From an uncultured Fibrobacterales bacterium (GTDB taxonomy: Bacteria; Fibrobacterota; Fibrobacteria; Fibrobacterales; CAWVXU01), in the NCBI GenBank assembly GCA_963934255.1, contig CAWVXU010000026.1, positions 1 to 29,546 of the forward strand: 29,546 nt of DNA. The letters run 5' to 3'. Every line of letters starts with the position of its first letter. Positions within the stretch are counted from its first letter, which is position 1. The position numbers were made by a program, and so were the translations under genes. Positions 27,565-29,546 of the stretch are shown in pieces. The notes under the pieces were generated by a model. It saw only the letters and a program-made list of their open reading frames with translations, searched no databases and had not been told where the DNA came from.

Positions 27565-27595
27565 TTCATCAGTAATAGTTGAATTGGTATATTAG
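27565..27595 (+). promoter_or_regulatory. Putative promoter of rseP
   Basis: TTCATC, 17 nt, TATATT with a TG extended -10 element, in the 128-nt dxr-rseP gap. Confidence 0.45.
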
Positions 27596-27639
27596 AAATA
27601 CGAAATTAGCTGTTAAGCTAAAACAAAAGGAATCCTTGA

Positions 27640-29163
27640 ATGGATGAAGTAATTAAGACAGTATTACAAGTAATCACAGGCCTTTTGGGTCTGAGTTTCT
27701 TAGTGTTTATACACGAGATGGGTCACTTTCTTGTGGCTAAATGGGGCGGTGTTCGTGTTGAAGTATTTTCTATTGGTTTCGGAAAGAAACTTCTTCAGTT
27801 TGAACGTGGTGGTACTATTTATTGTATCTCGGCTATTCCATTTGGTGGTTATGTCGCTATGTCTGGCGAACAATTACACTCAGTCGATCCGGTTGAGCCA
27901 TCAGAATTAGCAGATAGTGAAAAATCTCAATCAGCGAACGAAACTAGCGATAACGAGTCAGCTAAGTTAGATGAGTCAGAATCTGTTGAACACCCTGAAA
28001 AACCGCATAGTGGTGAAGAGGTCTTTACCCCGGCATCTACAGGATACAATTCTGGTGATTTTGCTAGTAAATCTATTCCGCTTCGTGCTGCAATTGCCTT
28101 TGGTGGACCATTTGTCAATATCGTTTTTGCCTTTGCTGTTTTGTGGGGCTTATTTATTTACGGTGTACCTGAGTACGAAAAAGAGCGCCTTATCGTCGGT
28201 GGAGTTCAAGAGGGTTTTGCTGGCGAAAAAGCCGGTGTATTGATTAAAGACACTATCATCGCAATTAATGGTAATAAAACTCTTGGGTGGAATGAATTTC
28301 TTGAAACCATGGCGATGTCGGATGGTGAAGAATTAAAGCTCACAATTCTTCGTGGTGCAGATACAATTCAACTTCCTATCCTTCCATATATTCCAGAAGA
28401 GTTTGCTGAATGGGGTATCGCTTATGTAGGTGTTAATCCTTCAATTAAAGTTGTTATTCGCAATTGGTTAGACCATAGTCCAGCTAAAAAATCTGGTATG
28501 CAAAAAGGCGATGAGCTTCTTTCTATTAATGGACAGAACTTAGTTTCGGCTCATGACCTTAATCGTTGGGTATCCAAATCAGAGGGCAAAGAGCTTCTTT
28601 TTAAAGTGAAGCACCCTGATGGGACGATTGCAGAGATTAAACTTGCGCCTAAGTTATTTACTCCTGAACAGTTACCCACTTTGAAGAAAACTCGCTGGTT
28701 GATGGGTATACAACCGATGGAAATGCCGCTTGATCCTCCAATGATACGCCAATATGGTATGATTGAAGCGGTTCCTAAGGCATGGGATAAAGGGATTCGC
28801 ATGGCTGAAAAACCTTTTATTTACATTGGAAAAATGATCGGTGGTCAAATTTCTCCTAAGTCAATGTCTGGTCCTGTAGCAATCGTGGGCATGATTGGTT
28901 GGAGTTTCCATGCTGGTCTACAAAAGTTAGTTGAGTTCTTGGCGCTGATTAGTATGAACCTCGGTATTATGAATTTACTTCCTTTAGCTGTGACTGATGG
29001 GGGTATTCTGATGTTCTTAGCACTCGAAGCTATTCGTGGTAAGCCACTAGCTGCTCGTACTCAAATGAAAATCAACGGCGTAGCAATGTACTTCTTTATT
29101 GGGTTCTTCGTCTATGTGATGTATTATGATTTGTTAAGAATACCCATGTTGTTTGGCAACTAG
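27640..29163 (+). CDS. rseP: RIP metalloprotease RseP (site-2 protease, two PDZ domains)
   Basis: HEMGH zinc motif, FSIGFG, IPFGGYV, GGPFVN, two PDZ-like regions, SGPV.I and NLLP....DGG. Follows dxr. Confidence 0.96.
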   Translation: MDEVIKTVLQVITGLLGLSFLVFIHEMGHFLVAKWGGVRVEVFSIGFGKKLLQFERGGTIYCISAIPFGGYVAMSGEQLHSVDPVEPSELADSEKSQSANETSDNESAKLDESESVEHPEKPHSGEEVFTPASTGYNSGDFASKSIPLRAAIAFGGPFVNIVFAFAVLWGLFIYGVPEYEKERLIVGGVQEGFAGEKAGVLIKDTIIAINGNKTLGWNEFLETMAMSDGEELKLTILRGADTIQLPILPYIPEEFAEWGIAYVGVNPSIKVVIRNWLDHSPAKKSGMQKGDELLSINGQNLVSAHDLNRWVSKSEGKELLFKVKHPDGTIAEIKLAPKLFTPEQLPTLKKTRWLMGIQPMEMPLDPPMIRQYGMIEAVPKAWDKGIRMAEKPFIYIGKMIGGQISPKSMSGPVAIVGMIGWSFHAGLQKLVEFLALISMNLGIMNLLPLAVTDGGILMFLALEAIRGKPLAARTQMKINGVAMYFFIGFFVYVMYYDLLRIPMLFGN

Positions 29164-29188
29164 GGCCGCATTTTAAAGTTAAATTAAG

Positions 29189-29222
29189 AAAAGCCAAATT
29201 CAAGATGAATCTGGCTTTTTTC
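29189..29222. terminator. Bidirectional intrinsic terminator after rseP
   Basis: AAAAGCCA-A-ATTCA-AGA-TGAAT-C-TGGCTTTTTT between convergent genes. Confidence 0.8.
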
Positions 29223-29246
29223 ATTGAGTTCAGTATTCAAAATGAT

Positions 29247-29546
29247 TTACTCAGAGAGTGGGTCACCAGCTTCCACATAAATTTTGTTGAGTTCAGTTCG
29301 ATCTTCAATAATGATTCTACGATGAGGATATTTGATGCGAAACTTATCAAAAACAGCTTGAGCATCATTTTTAAATTCGCTTGGATTTGTATAACTTTTA
29401 CTAAATCTAAATTTGATTTCTGAAATAGATTGCTCGACTTGAGTACTGGTTCCGCCAATACTTCGGGAAATTTCTTCCAGTATTTCTTGAGAATTTTTAA
29501 AAGCTTTACGCTCAATTTTTTCAATTTGAACGAGTTCATTATGTTT
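29247..29546 (-). CDS. Hypothetical protein, 3' part (start outside the window)
   Basis: Minus frame open from the window edge to TAA at 29247: KHNELVQIEKIERKAFKN...KIYVEAGDPLSE*. It uses host-like codons and ends just before the terminator. It is a different frame from track ORF 29237..29539. Confidence 0.7.
   Translation of the reverse strand, partial: KHNELVQIEKIERKAFKNSQEILEEISRSIGGTSTQVEQSISEIKFRFSKSYTNPSEFKNDAQAVFDKFRIKYPHRRIIIEDRTELNKIYVEAGDPLSE

Noticed and set aside
27556..27566. AAAAGCCACTT matching the left arm of the tsf terminator, as a possible REP-like repeat
   Set aside because: No complementary right arm nearby. The shared AAAAGCCA/TGGCTTTT ends of two terminators are too short to call a repeat family.
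29237..29539. Track ORF of 100 aa (minus) and ORF 29205..29423 (plus)
   Set aside because: A different minus frame (29546-29247) is open from the window edge with more natural composition. The plus ORF starts inside the terminator.

Overview
This is a mostly housekeeping, AT-rich bacterial chromosomal window. The rplM-rpsI-rpsB-tsf gene order, a group II GGGP synthase and a DEFD-type DbpA suggest the FCB superphylum, possibly Fibrobacterota-like (inference). Gene order: partial ybbR/cdaR-like gene (-); ftsX-envC-holB-recJ-argH; accD; an AT-rich accessory block (SGNH lipoprotein, a decayed paralog of it, GNAT (-), AlgI-type MBOAT and an SGNH-like partner); purU (-); two gene remnants; alaS coupled to a GGGP synthase; dbpA-like helicase and yehS-like gene; rplM-rpsI-rpsB-tsf; ung (-); pyrH-frr-uppS-cdsA-dxr-rseP; and a partial unknown gene (-). 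I saw no tRNA, rRNA, CRISPR array, integrase or transposase, and no clearly novel multi-gene system. The best leads are the archaeal-type ether-lipid enzyme coupled to alaS, a recurring promoter-like motif that implies leaderless mRNAs, an EF-Ts lacking the TDFV motif, the envelope-acylation block, three gene remnants (two absent from the ORF track, one only partly shown), and structured ribosomal-protein leaders. All assignments rest on motif recognition by eye, not database searches.
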